Origin: Camelus dromedarius | Taxonomy: Eukaryota | Direction of reading: 5' to 3' | Assembly (NCBI RefSeq): GCF_036321535.1 | Contig: NC_087436.1 | Span: 27,964,001-28,028,000, forward strand | Length of the DNA: 64,000 bases | Shown: positions 51,881-64,000 of the stretch, piece by piece | Position numbering within the stretch: the stretch's first letter is position 1 | Layout: every line of letters begins with the position of its first letter | Notes under the pieces: generated by a model | Databases searched by the model: none | What the model saw: only the letters and a program-made list of their open reading frames with translations | What the model was told of the DNA's origin: nothing | Translations under genes and position numbers: made by a program

Positions 51881-53489
51881 GTGTAGAGTATCTCATCAAG
51901 CACTATACACAGATGATACATTTAATGATTGGAGTAAAGAAAGTAAAAATCATCAATGACATATTTTGACTTACAATGGGAATTAAAAAATAACTCACTG
52001 GAAGTCTATGAAAGATTCCGCATATTTTCAAGAGTTATAACTCTGATTTTCTTTAAAACATTTTAAAATTGAGATATAGTATTGTAGGGGAAAAACCCCA
52101 CATTCATATATACAAATCTCTTACCCAGAGAAGCTTATGATTAATGTTGAGTGATTCATTTATCTCTAAAAAATCAAATGAAAGTAAGTGGGAAATTTTT
52201 GATCCTATCAGTATTAAATTAGAAACTCTGTCCTGAATCTTTTAATAAAATTAAAAGTGAAAACAAAGTTTCAGTAGAGATTTTTTTTTTTAAATCTCAA
52301 CTTTCTAACTTATGTGAGGTCAAAAACTATCCATTTATTTGGTTCTGGGATTAAATATATATAAGGTTACCACTGAATGTTAAGGATCAAAAAAAGCAAA
52401 GATATAAGAGGTCATCTACTTTTCTTTTCTGTAAGTTTCCTTCCATCAGATTTTTTTTCTCCCATCCATTTCCAAACATCCCACCCAGCATTTCTGAAAT
52501 TTCCCAGGGGAAATAATATGGATCTAAATTAAAGGCATACGACAGTTCTCATATACAGTAACTTTTGGAGAGCACGGTAGAGCGGGTAATATGATACCAT
52601 AAAATGCCTTGGGATAAAAAAAAATGAAAAAGAAATCGGATTTCCTTTTTTAACCATTAACATTCTGGATAAAAACCACACAATCCAATGAAAGTTACAA
52701 TCATGCATCTTGAAAGTATATATAATTTCTTCTTCATTAATTGCATTATTTTTAGGGCTCAATAAAAGACAACAACACTTGGGGGGCACTTCAGAAGAAA
52801 ATAATTTCCCTTTACAGATTTCCATTTGAAAGAGGCCTATGCTGTGTTTCAGTGAAGAACTGCCCATTTGTATGTTAACACACAACTGGACTTCACACAG
52901 TCATTGTGTCCTAAACAGTATCCCTGGCGAGGTAAAAGGAGCACCATTTCACAGCATTAATAGATTTGCTGTCTTCATGTATCTTTATGAGATGGAGCTG
53001 ATATGCACAGGAATAACTGAGGTTACCTCTACAGATTTAGAATTTAGTGGTTCTCGAGGTTAAGGAATCAATTTCATTATTCTTTTTAATTCTCTAGTAC
53101 ATTCCAAACAACAATCCCTTGAACTTACAAATATTATTGAAACAAAGTTGTTCAGTCAAGCTGCACAATGAAATTCCTTTGCTCTCCCCCTCATCTATCA
53201 ATGCCGGCATTAATTTATTCATTGTATTTATACTTCTTGGAACTCTAATTTGTCTAGACCTTTTTGTTAGCCTTGTGCTAAATAATGAAAAGAGAAATCT
53301 CAGTTAGTGCATATTTGTGGATTATTTTAAATAGCATATTTTGATTTATAACTAAGACCACAGAAAGCATCTTTTAAAATAAAAAGATAAAGCAGTCTTC
53401 TCAATATTTGGACTATTTGAATAAATGGCAATATTGAACCTGAGGCTAAAATTGTTTCTTATTACAGCTGATAAAAATGGACCAGAAAC

Positions 53490-53572
53490 TGCTTCTTTCC
53501 CTAATTCACAAGATTGTTGAAAGGATCAAAAATTGTAATATATGTAAAAAGCACTTTGGAAATCATAAAACA
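53490..53572 (+). mobile_element. MIR fragment
   Basis: TTCACAAGATTGTTGAAAGGATCAAA..TAATATATGTAAAAAGCACTTTG. Confidence 0.6.
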
Positions 53573-53999
53573 GTCTTCCCAGGGAAGGCATAGCCATTAC
53601 TATTAATAAACCTATGATCCATTTCTAGGCACATCCAATAAAAATAGGGAAAAGCAAGTGCTAAAATTAAATACAATGAATATACATCTACCTTCTAGAA
53701 CAGGCAATAATGTACTCTGCAACCTGTCTCTATAGTAAAGAGAAAAGTTTTCTCTCTGCTGATGGCACTTAATTCTGCATCCCATTGCCAACACTGTATT
53801 TAGCACTACTTTTGTGTGCAATAATTTTTTTCCTGTTTGACTTATTCTGAAGATATCACTTTAAATAGCTTAGTGAATATAAGGATGCCTTAGAACTGGG
53901 GTTATCAAGGTGCTAAAATACATTAAAAGCTGATAAGCAACATATACAAATAACGTATTTATGGAAAACTTTTTTTGTTGATTTTTTGTTGTTGTTGTT

Positions 54000-54155
54000 T
54001 TGGAGAAGTCTGAGCTAAATTAAACTTGGAAATAAAGGGAAAGTTATCTCAAGGGAGGAGATTCAGGCAAAGGGCATCCAGGTGAAGGAAATTACATAGA
54101 TAGTGATTTGCAGGTCCTATTCAAGAAACAGAGAAGCCTGTTCTTCCTGGAGCAA
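54000..54155 (-). mobile_element. L2 fragment
   Basis: TCTGAGCTAAATTAAACTTGGA...AAGGGCATCCAGGTGAAGGAAATTACAT resembles reverse-strand L2. Confidence 0.45.
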
Positions 54156-55479
54156 AGGTGTTACAAAGTAATCACAAAGCCAAGCCATGAAGTATGTCTC
54201 ATGTATGTGAACACATTCCAGAGGTCATCTCATGAGCTATGTCATGCTCAGACAAACAAATGCGTCACTGTATTTCTAAAGGTGTTGCTCTAAGACTAAT
54301 TCTTCTTTTCCTAAAAATCACTCGGGATCTCTTAAAGCAGGTTATAAAATGTAGCACAGCAGGCATGTCGTAAATTTCCTGTAAACTCTTTCCACAAAAG
54401 AAGAATCATAAGAATATATAAACTACCACTTGGAATATTTAATGCAAGCTTTTAAGATAATATAATTTGATTTATAATTAAGGGAAGAGAAATATTGGAG
54501 GGAAATAAATTACCTTAGCCTAAAAAAAAGATAAAAAAGTAAGAAAAAAGTAAGCCTACCTTCATAGACAATCCCAGTTATTACACGTGCTAGATATTCT
54601 GATGCAGTCATTTAAACTTAATGAAGGATTGGTTTCATGCTTACAAAAACAAATAATTTTAAAGAGAATTATGCTAATTTTGACAAATACATATAAAGAA
54701 ATTATTATAAAAATGTTCCTAAGCAATATTAGTTCATTGTAAAATTTCCCATATAGTGCAATTTGTCTTTAGCTATTTTTCTATTTGATCTTCTGACATA
54801 TTTTAATTAAGGTAAGTTCTCATCATTGTAAACATTTCAGAAAACATTTTATTAATTTCAATATCAGTTTTGAGGATGTAAAATGTAATGTTAAAATCTT
54901 TGTCATTTCTATTGATTCTCTTAAGTAATTTTATTAAGGTGATTGATTCTATTAAACAACTTTTATTGGCTAATTTTTGCATCTAGTATCTTTAAAGATA
55001 AATTTTTATCAGTTTTTGCCATTAGTTTATGTGTTTTATGTGTTCAACTGATTTCAGTTTTACTTTATCTTATTATTTCAGTAATTAGCAGTCACCATTA
55101 CTTCTTTAAGAGTAAAACAGAAGAGTCAAAATTTTAACTTTTGAATGCCTCAGTTTTGGGAGCAGTAATAATCAGCTTTGTATTGTAATGTTATACTACA
55201 CAAATGGTGAAAAAAAATTGCACTGAATTTCTTGTTTCATTTTTAAAGATTCTTGGAAATAACAAAATGGAAAAAAAAACAAACAAAAAAACTTTGTGAA
55301 TATAGAAAAATAATAATGAATTTCTTAAATCACCAAAGATTTAAAACTGTATTTTAGGCAATATGCAGCATTGCTTCTGGATCATCACAGTGGAAGGATA
55401 TAAAGACTAGGGTTATGAAACCAAATCAATCTAATTTGCTTTTTGAAAAACTGTTATTAATCTAAAGTTAAATAATATA

Positions 55480-56850
55480 AAGTACAATGCTATTAATTCA
55501 CGTCTTAAAATCAGGAAAAGAAGCAGAAAAGGCTGCTGTCATTATTTTTCAACAATTTAATAAGATAAGGTAAATTAATATTCTTATAAAATTTGGAAGA
55601 ATGAAGTAAAATGTATTTATATTGATACTAGAAATACATGCATTTATATTTTAAATGTATTTATGTATTTGTTTATAAATATTATTATTTTACATAAATA
55701 CCAACCACTGCTAGAACAAATAGAATTTGGTAAGGCTGCTTGGTATAAGAAAACTCCACAAAAATCAGTAGCTTATATCTAAATAAAATATAGATAGTGT
55801 GGTTAGGTGTGGAGGAAAAAAACAAAACTCTTACTTTAGTAATAAACTCCATACAAAATAAATAGTTTATAGAGCACCAGCACAGAAACATACACACACA
55901 CACGTGCATATAGATACTAGCCTTTTACATAAGTCTGTATGGAGTTTCATAATATATGTACATAAGATTTATGCAGTAAAAATGAAAGGTGTTAATTTCA
56001 TTGAACAATAATAGACAGTAAGATCACAATTCTAGAACAATAAAACCATAAAATACAACTTAAACTTTTTTATTGACATGAGATGAACCTTAAAAGCAAT
56101 ATCAGAAACAAGTTATAAAGTAAAAGGTAGATATATTTTATAGTATAATTCTTAATTGGTTAATATATATATTTTATGATATATCTTTTCATTTATTTTT
56201 AATTAAATACTGTTAATGAAAGCCAGGGAAAATACTTGCAGAATATATAATAGATAATACATTATATGCACTATATAAATAATTTCTACAAGTGTCCAAT
56301 AAAATACTAAAAGATTGATAGAAAATTTAATGCAGTTTATAAATATTATACAGAGAGACCAACCAAATAACCACTACTGGAAGGAAAGAAACCACAAATT
56401 AATTGATGAATGACATACCTCTTTTTCATATTAGACTGAGTGAAACTAAAAAAAAACATGATAAGACATCATCAGGGTACTGGTAGGGATGAGGAAAAAA
56501 GACCACTTTATGTTTCTGTAGGAATTGTGAATTGCTGCAGTCATTTGAGAAAATAATCTGTTAATATCTGTACAGATGGAAATTATTCTGGAATCCTGCA
56601 TTCCTTCTTCCAGGAATCAAGAGAGTGGAAATAAAAGCACCACCACTCAGGCTGTATGTAAAATAATGTGTACTGCCATAACTTTGTATTTGGGAAATGC
56701 TGGAAACCCCTTGAAGGTTTAGCAATATTAGATTATTTGAGTAGGTTTAGAATATTATACAAATACTGAATAAAATAGGTTGCATTTGCAGTTGTTGTTA
56801 ATGGATATTTATTATGTAATATTACCGTGGAGAGATGTTGAAGCAAATTA
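55480..56850 (+). mobile_element. Ancient L1 (L1ME-like) ORF2/3' fragments
   Basis: TAAAATCAGGAAAAGAAG; CTGCTAGAACAAATAGAATTTGGTAAGGCTGC..ACAAAAATCAGTAGC; GGAATTGTGAATTGCTGCAGTCATTTGAGAAAATAATCTG; ATCCTGCATTCCTTCTTCCAGGAAT. Confidence 0.7.
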
Positions 56851-58699
56851 ACTAATAGGCATATACATTTTAATATATTATAATCTTTTATTTCTTTCTC
56901 TCTTTTCATCTCTCTTATTCTTTCTTTCTCTTTTTGGTGATTTACACACACAAAATTCTATACATGTAAAGTTTGTGTTTTATTATCACATGAAAATAGA
57001 AAAAATGAGAACAATGTATTATAGCAGGTATTATTATTAATCTCTATACCAAAGGTGGTAATTAATTGAACAGGGAAAAATTCTTCATATAAATAACATC
57101 AAATATACATGAACGTTAAATATGTATATGCAGAATGAAAACAATTGGCCAATTGAAAAACTGATTAAATTAAGTCATGGGAAATTGAATAGTCTGGGTT
57201 TTAGGTTTCTGTTATTACTGAAAACATATTCCTTGGCAAGTACTAATTTATATCATTTTGTTACCATATGTTGGAACAGTCTTGATAGGACATTTCTACT
57301 CTCAGTGTCAATTTTGTTCTTGAATTAAGTTAGTGTATTTTCCAAAGATAATATTGTATTGAAATTTACAAAACATTTCATTATGAAGATTTAAAAATAA
57401 GACCAAGTTTAAATAATGGCATAAGTATTGATTAATTAAAACATCTTTTTTCAGAATACCTCTTAGACAAAAACTTTTTTTCTAGCATATCTAAAACTTA
57501 CATGGAACATCGGTCCAGAGTAACATTCAATTGCTAAAATAGTTTGGTCATCTCTTAGAATACATCTTAACAGATACTTTTGGTAAGAGTTGTATAAATT
57601 CCTGTGTACAGTGTAGTTTCTAGAAGTTATGCTTTTCATTGATAAGCCCTCATTTTAAATTGAGGCTGAATTTATGCAGTACAAACTGAATATAATTTGT
57701 AACTATTTGATTTATAGATGGAGACAAATTGATCATTTAAAGGTCAAAATACTGATTCATATCCCTGTTGTTAAAACTGCCTATTTCCTAACTGAATATC
57801 AGTTTCATTTTGTGCTATTTATTAATAGCAATACTTCCCTTTTCCTTGAAGGAATAGATTTTTTTTTTAAGAAAAGAAAAGAAAAAAAACCCCTTAGAAC
57901 TAGTATTTCCCTGGAGTCTACCATATCACTTTCCTCTCACAGAGGAAACAACTCACAGAGTTTCTGATTAGAAAAAATTCTGTGAGATTTCCCTGTAGAG
58001 AAAGACCCTGCCTTGGGGAAAAGTCCCCAGTCAATGTGAAAAACCACAAGGATGAGAATGTTCTCTGTGGAAATTTAAATCAGCTTTCAAAGGGAAAAAA
58101 TAGAAGGGCTTACTCTACTTGACACAGAAATTCATCAGGAAAGGGGAAAGCTGATTTTCTCGAGATTTTCAAATTTATATGTTCATTTCTAGCACTTTTA
58201 AGAACTTTTATTTTAAGAAGAAATAAAGCAATAATTGATTTTAATTGTTCTTTTTAGAAATTGTAGCTGAAGATATAAAGAAAACATGAGATAATTCTTT
58301 CATCCTAAATAATTGAATTGAAAAAAATAAAATCATAAAATTAGGGAATTCAGTTCTATTATAATTGAATACATTATGGAATGTATATTTTTAAAGCAAT
58401 ATTCACTTTTTCTTCTTAATTTTATTGCTATAATTCATGAACATAATTAATAATTCTGTTACTCTTAGAGTCTAGTGCCTTGATCTGGATAATGAATCAT
58501 TTAAAAAGAAGAGAACCCCAGGGAAGTTAAGTGTAAATTGTTTCTCTACTCCATATCTAACTAAAATGGTTTCAACATTTTCGATTAAAATGTATTCCTA
58601 GTAGGTAACATATTCCTATGGGTATATTAGTCTCTAACTAGACTGACTGGCTTAAGCCATATTTGAAATGTTACAAAAAAACAGAAATAGTCCTCAATT

Positions 58700-58822
58700 T
58701 CATTATCCTATTCTATAAGTGGGGAAATCAGGATACTTGAACAAGTTCACTGAAGGGTAATAACAAAGACTTGGGGTGAGAATTAGGGACAGAATCTGTG
58801 TTTTTCAGGCCTAAAGCTTACC
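58700..58822 (-). mobile_element. MIR fragment
   Basis: ATTATCCTATTCTATAAGTGGGGAAATCAGG...CAGGCCTAAAGC. Confidence 0.55.
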
Positions 58823-60399
58823 CATCTTGAAGGGTTAGCTTAAACAGTTTGCTTTAAGAACACAGAATTACACATTAAAATCAAGTATGAAAGTAGCTTT
58901 TCAATAGGAATGAGAAAATAAATTATAACAATGCTTAAATTTTATAAAGTAGAAAACTACTACACACTTCAATACATCCATAAATAATACATTTTTCTGT
59001 ACAAACCTTGATTGTGTTTCTTTTTACAGCAAAACAGAATACTCATTCAGACTTTCCTCTACCCTGGTTTCTTTTAAAAGGGTGTGAGAGCACAGGATAC
59101 TCCTGGCTGGCATGGCCAAAGTTCATAAGAATGTTAACATGCTTCTACTGTGCATAACACCAGAGTGTGGGAGTGTTAGAAAAATGCAATAAACAACTGT
59201 GTGAACCATACAAATTTACACCTCAAATTCCATACCAGAAATGTACACTCAACCTTTCCTTAATCTAATACCCAAAAACACCAGACCTTATACCATGCTT
59301 TCAGACAGTATAATGGATAAGAAGTTGTAGTGGAAAGAGACATCATTCTTATTCATTTACTATTAAAATTATATTTCTTTTGCAAATTAAATCCCCAAAA
59401 GTAAGTGTATAAAAATACTGCAAGTGAGGAACACCAAAGCTTAACCTTCATTAACTTGAAAGTAATCTTATATATTACTATTGGTTATATTAATTAGAAC
59501 ATTTTGAAAAAAATCCCTAAGCAGATGCTATGCTATAAAATAAATAATAGTTACAAGGAATAATCATCCTAGAAAATACAGAATAGAACCTATAGTCAAA
59601 TATTCTGTCTACATATATCCTTATATGCTTGCCTGTTTGCTACAAGCTTAAGCTTTTGGTCAGAAAACTTTTGGTACCTTTTGTTTGAAAAGAAGTTTAT
59701 TTTATGATAATTTATATAACAATGATCAATTATGCAAGAACAGATACATGCAAGTTTGAGTATCTTTTCAATCACTTCCCACATGTCTACAGACTTATGT
59801 AAAAATGAAAATCAGTGCAGATAAACATAAAGATATAGGAATTGATATAGGCATAAACACACATTTATTTATACTAAAGATAGAGACAAAGTGGTAATAA
59901 TAATAATAATAGGGGGATACAGAAATTATAGGCATACAATTTCTAAATTGCCATGGTATTATCTTTGCTTTTACCCAGAATCATCACTTCAAACAGTAGT
60001 TTCTCTTCCTCTATTTTGTTTTTGTTGACATAAGTTTTAGGTCACACTCCTACACACATCCAAAATGTTGGCAGTTATACACAACAATTAGAATGCCTAG
60101 AATTTCTACTCCACCACGTATGTAGTGTTGAAAATAATGTATTTTTGAATAAATGAATATATTTTTAAGGATTTTATGTACTTTGTATCATTTTTAAGAG
60201 CCATGAATTGATTTCTTGTTAGGGTTTCAGTTCTCATCAGGGAAGGAGCTAGTGGACTACTCAGACATTACCCTGCAATTTTCTAAAATTCACATTAATG
60301 TTATCCTTGCTAAATACAAGACTCTTCCAAATACATATTTTATTTATTACTTTCCCATAAATTCTAATGACTTTGGATATACTATTTAAAAATTAAGTA

Positions 60400-60930
60400 T
60401 CAGTTTTCATTACAGATAATGATATATACATTATCAAGTTCAAAAATATAAGAATTTATAAAATAAAAATATTCTCTTCTAGCCCATTTCCACTCCCCAG
60501 AAGTAGCTATTGTTAATGGTGTCTTGTTTACTCTTCCAATTATATTTCTCACACTTTCAAACAAAAGGAACAGAACTATATGAATTTTTGGCACTTTGGT
60601 TTGTTTCATTTATATGAGAGATATTTTTATCTCAGTAATTTTGTGATTTTTGTAAGAATATGCATCCCATTTTACAATTTAAAATAGGAAAAATAGATTT
60701 TTGAATTTTACTTTATGTACTGAATATTGTGAACTCAATTATGAATAAGATCTCTTTTTGCTGATTGCTCTTTCCTAAATTTGAGGATGTAGGAATTTGC
60801 CCTGTTTTTTAGTTTCCCAACATCTTCTATCATCATATTTTTCTATTCCAGCAATTCAAATAGTGTTTGTGAAAAAACACAATTACATTTCTTTATTTAC
60901 AGATTGCCCTTATTTTATAGGTGGCCTTTT
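60400..60930 (-). mobile_element. Ancient L1 (L1ME-like) 3' fragments
   Basis: CCACTCCCCAGAAGTAGCTATTGTTAATGGTGTCTTGTTTACTCTTCCA and later CAGATTGCCCT are typical reverse-strand L1ME motifs. Confidence 0.55.
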
Positions 60931-61419
60931 TCACTGACATAGTTCTTAAGACCCCTTAGGTTTTGACATGGGAAACTAGTGTCTCTCACATAACTAACAA
61001 AATGGCAGTCTATATTGTACTATTTAAAACTAGTAACTATATTCACAGGTTTAGGGAAGTCATGGAGAGACAAGCTATTGTATATGGTGTAAAATATTTT
61101 TACCCCCGCGTTCAATTTGCAAATAAGAAATTTCATGCATGTGTATAAGTGATCAGCTATCAAAATCAATTACTTTGAAAATTAAATGAGTCATTACCTG
61201 CCAGAAATACTTATTCAACATAAAACACCCAGTAATGAGAGATTTAATTTCACAAATTCACAAATGTTAATGTTATTTGATCTAAGAAGAAATAAACTGA
61301 TATCAACTTCAAATTGAATTCTTAATTATAAATAATACTAAATTCAAAACAGATTTGATTATTAACTAGCTTCATATTCTAGTAACATCCTCCAGAGGGG
61401 CAGGAATTCTGAGGTAGGG

Positions 61420-61620
61420 TATTGTGTCACAGAGGTTAACAGAATGAATTTCAAGTCACACAAATACATGTTTGAATGCCAGCTTCAACACTTAAGCATT
61501 TGCATCTATACAATAATAATCTCTACCTAGTATGATTGCTACAAAGATTAAAAGAGATAATACATATATTAAATTTGTTAATGCAAGTTGCATACATAGA
61601 AAGCAATAAATACATAATAG
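61420..61620 (+). mobile_element. MIR SINE (core deleted)
   Basis: GAGGTTAACAGAATGAATTTCAAGTCA..GTTTGAATGCCAGCTTCAACACTTA...ATAATAATCTCTACCT..GATTGCTACAAAGATTAAAAGAGATAATACAT. Confidence 0.7.
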
Positions 61621-64000
61621 ATATTTTAAATGCCTCATGTTTATCTATGGAATTATTAAAGACTTTGTATATTATATATTCATGTAAATATTTGCCAGTA
61701 AAATTATCTAATTCTATCCCATTTGTATTCTTACTGAGTTCTATACTGGTGTTAGAGAACTAATATTCAGAACATATTTATAGGTGGGTAAACTAAAGAT
61801 TTGCTGTTTGGAGGAAATATCCCTCAAACATTATAGTTATTCTATTCTTTAAATGTATTACAAATGGAGTAACTTCTACTATTTGAGGCTCAATTATATA
61901 TCATAGTATATTCCTCGGCATACTACAATCAAATTATTATTTAGGCCATAGTGGATTATAAATCAATTCAGCTGGGGTCTCTAAAATTTAAAATGCTTTT
62001 TTGTAAATTCCAGTTTTTAAAAAAAGACAATTTGCCACCTGTGCATGTTTCATCATACCCAGTGGAATGATAAAGCTAGCTTTTCACAGGTTTGGGTGAA
62101 TATGATATGTTTTAGAAGAGATCCTATATCTTTGGTAACCATCTTAAATAATAGTTTAATTCAGCAAACTAAAGAAATAATAGTCAATGGTCTATGTTCT
62201 GAGTTCACTGTTAGACACAGAACTAAATTATAATCCTTGATGCATCTGATTTATGATCCATGATTCTTTAAATTACAAACCTTCAATCCATATTTTCCAA
62301 TGTGTAACCTATTAATGTATGCACACATATTTACACATATAGTGGTTATCATTCATTCATAAATATGTTATTAATTCTCTTTTCTCTGGACCTCTAAATT
62401 ATTTTCTAGTAGGAACAAGCTTATAATAAATTTTCTCAAAAACTATATCCAATAGCACAATTTTGAAATGTTATTAATCTGAATTGTGGTTCATGATGTT
62501 TCCTTTTAATTTGCAAAGTACTTTGACCTATAAGATCATTGCATGTTTAAACTGGCTTAATATAGACGATGTCCAAATAAACTAAAATTGCTATTTCAGT
62601 CAATTGAAATAATTTTTCACTATAATGAACACACTTTTCTCATGCCTGTGTCTCTGACATGATGGACACTGATGGAATGTAAATACTACATTTAATGTTC
62701 CTGGAAACAAATGATCAGTCTTGTTGGAATGACAGTTGAGGATCACATAACAGAATATTATGGAGACATTAACATTTTGTGAAATATACGAATTTAAGCT
62801 TTTAGGATTCAGTTACAGCTTGCAAGGAAAATCCAGCAATTGTAGTTGTGTGTCCACTGCTGCTGTTACCCACAATCTGCTGGTGTAATCAACAGGAGGG
62901 AGTTTGCCAGTGCCTGGACTGGATAAGCACTGGAGCAGGGCATGAAGCTTGGACCCTGTAGAGGATGGGAAGGACACTGGAAATGGTAATAAGAGAAAAT
63001 CGTGGGCTCACTGTGGATATTCAGTGGTCTTTATGCAGGACAAATGATGACCTTCCCTCATCAACAGCAATGGGGATGGACTATATTTGGATAATCTTAA
63101 TGCCAATTAAGTTGTTTATTATTCATTATATACCTTCAATGACATATACCAGAAACAGATTGTTTTCCTCAGGAACATACTTTAAAATGCTAGAATTTTC
63201 CCTTTGTCATCTTGGCCATATTCATATCCATCACTCATATTCCCATAAAACAAAATTACACTTAGCTAAGTAGAAAGTGCATATCGAATGCCTACAATAT
63301 GACTTGAAGTGTTGCAAATTTGCGTGTTTGAATTTGAATGCTTCCCGCTATAGTGAAGTGAGAAACAGTAGAGTGATCATTTCTCTGCAGTCTGGTAAAG
63401 AGCAGGAGAACAGGCCTGGAGAGTGCTTGACCCAGCTTGTGGGATCAGGGAAGAGCTCACAGGGCACTGATAAGCTCTTGGAAGTGAGGCTTATGATGAG
63501 TGACAGTTAAGAAAGCAAAAAATGAGAACATATATGTCATTTGTTTTCCTTATAAAGGATTTTACTTTTGAAAACAGCTTTAATTAGAACTATTCTATAG
63601 GGCCCAACTACCTAGAAAAATCTATTTGCTGGTCCTATGAATGTTTTCAAAAAATAATATATAATTTTAAAACATATATCTAGCTTAGAAAGTAAAAGTC
63701 CTGCTATGTATATTCCCAGTATTCATGTATTGCTATTCCTCAGAAAAATATTTCAACAGTATATTATTACCTTTAATTTTTAATATTTATCATTGTGGCT
63801 TTTTGTGGTTAATAAATGTGAGATTACTGATATCTTCAAAAGATAATTTCATAGGTATTAGTTTAATGTCACCATTCTGAATAACCAATTTCCACCAACA
63901 TTTTTCAAGACAAAATTCATGAACAGTTGACCAAGTTTTTATGCTGCAGGATTTTGCCTTTGCCATTTGGTTTCCCTTCAGTAGAGAATATATTTATCCA

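Noticed and set aside
52818..52931. 114-nt exon-like segment as a coding exon
   Set aside because: Stops occur in all three frames. The shorter alternative-acceptor version gives an unrecognisable peptide.
58014..58028. NF-kB-like GGGGAAAAGTCCCC
   Set aside because: It is an isolated motif with non-canonical spacing and no supporting context.
62800..63520. GC-richer block with 102-aa and 77-aa ORFs
   Set aside because: Part of it resembles decayed reverse-strand L2 (AAGCTTGGACCCTGTAGAGGATGGGAAGGACACTGG), and the peptides are unrecognisable. It is too uncertain to call either way.
1..64000. CRISPR array, operon, tRNA/rRNA gene, processed pseudogene or non-retroviral endogenous viral element
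   Set aside because: I saw no repeat-spacer periodicity, no gene-dense structure and no recognisable RNA-gene or viral protein motifs. A tblastx/Infernal search would be needed to exclude highly decayed copies.

Overview
AT-rich, CpG-poor placental-mammal DNA that reads as a gene desert or the interior of a very large intron. I found no credible host coding exon, RNA gene or prokaryotic-type system. The ORF track is explained by decayed LINE-1 frames, simple repeats and chance ORFs. Roughly 35-40% of the window (estimated by eye) is recognisable transposon. It includes one full-length ~7.1 kb L1 with an 11-bp TSD (39448-46531, minus), several truncated young L1 3' ends, a ~5.9 kb old L1MC/MD-type element, L1ME fragments, MaLR/ERVL LTRs (MLT1, MLT2, LTR33-like), a MER8/Tigger element, MIRs and L2s, and an apparently young ERV LTR at 3-549. 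The style of the L1 3' UTRs and the absence of recognisable young SINEs suggest a non-ruminant cetartiodactyl, most likely a camelid (inference). Repeat family names come from recalled consensus features, not a database search, and the boundaries of old elements are approximate. The most notable details are small-scale: a ~105-bp piece of upstream flank copied into an MLT2 LTR, where it brings a splice donor; an L1 insertion with ~100 bp of target-site-templated filler; a pre-miRNA-sized hairpin at 8548-8613; and an in-frame 42-bp duplication in L1 ORF2. I cannot support a claim of a novel biological system here.
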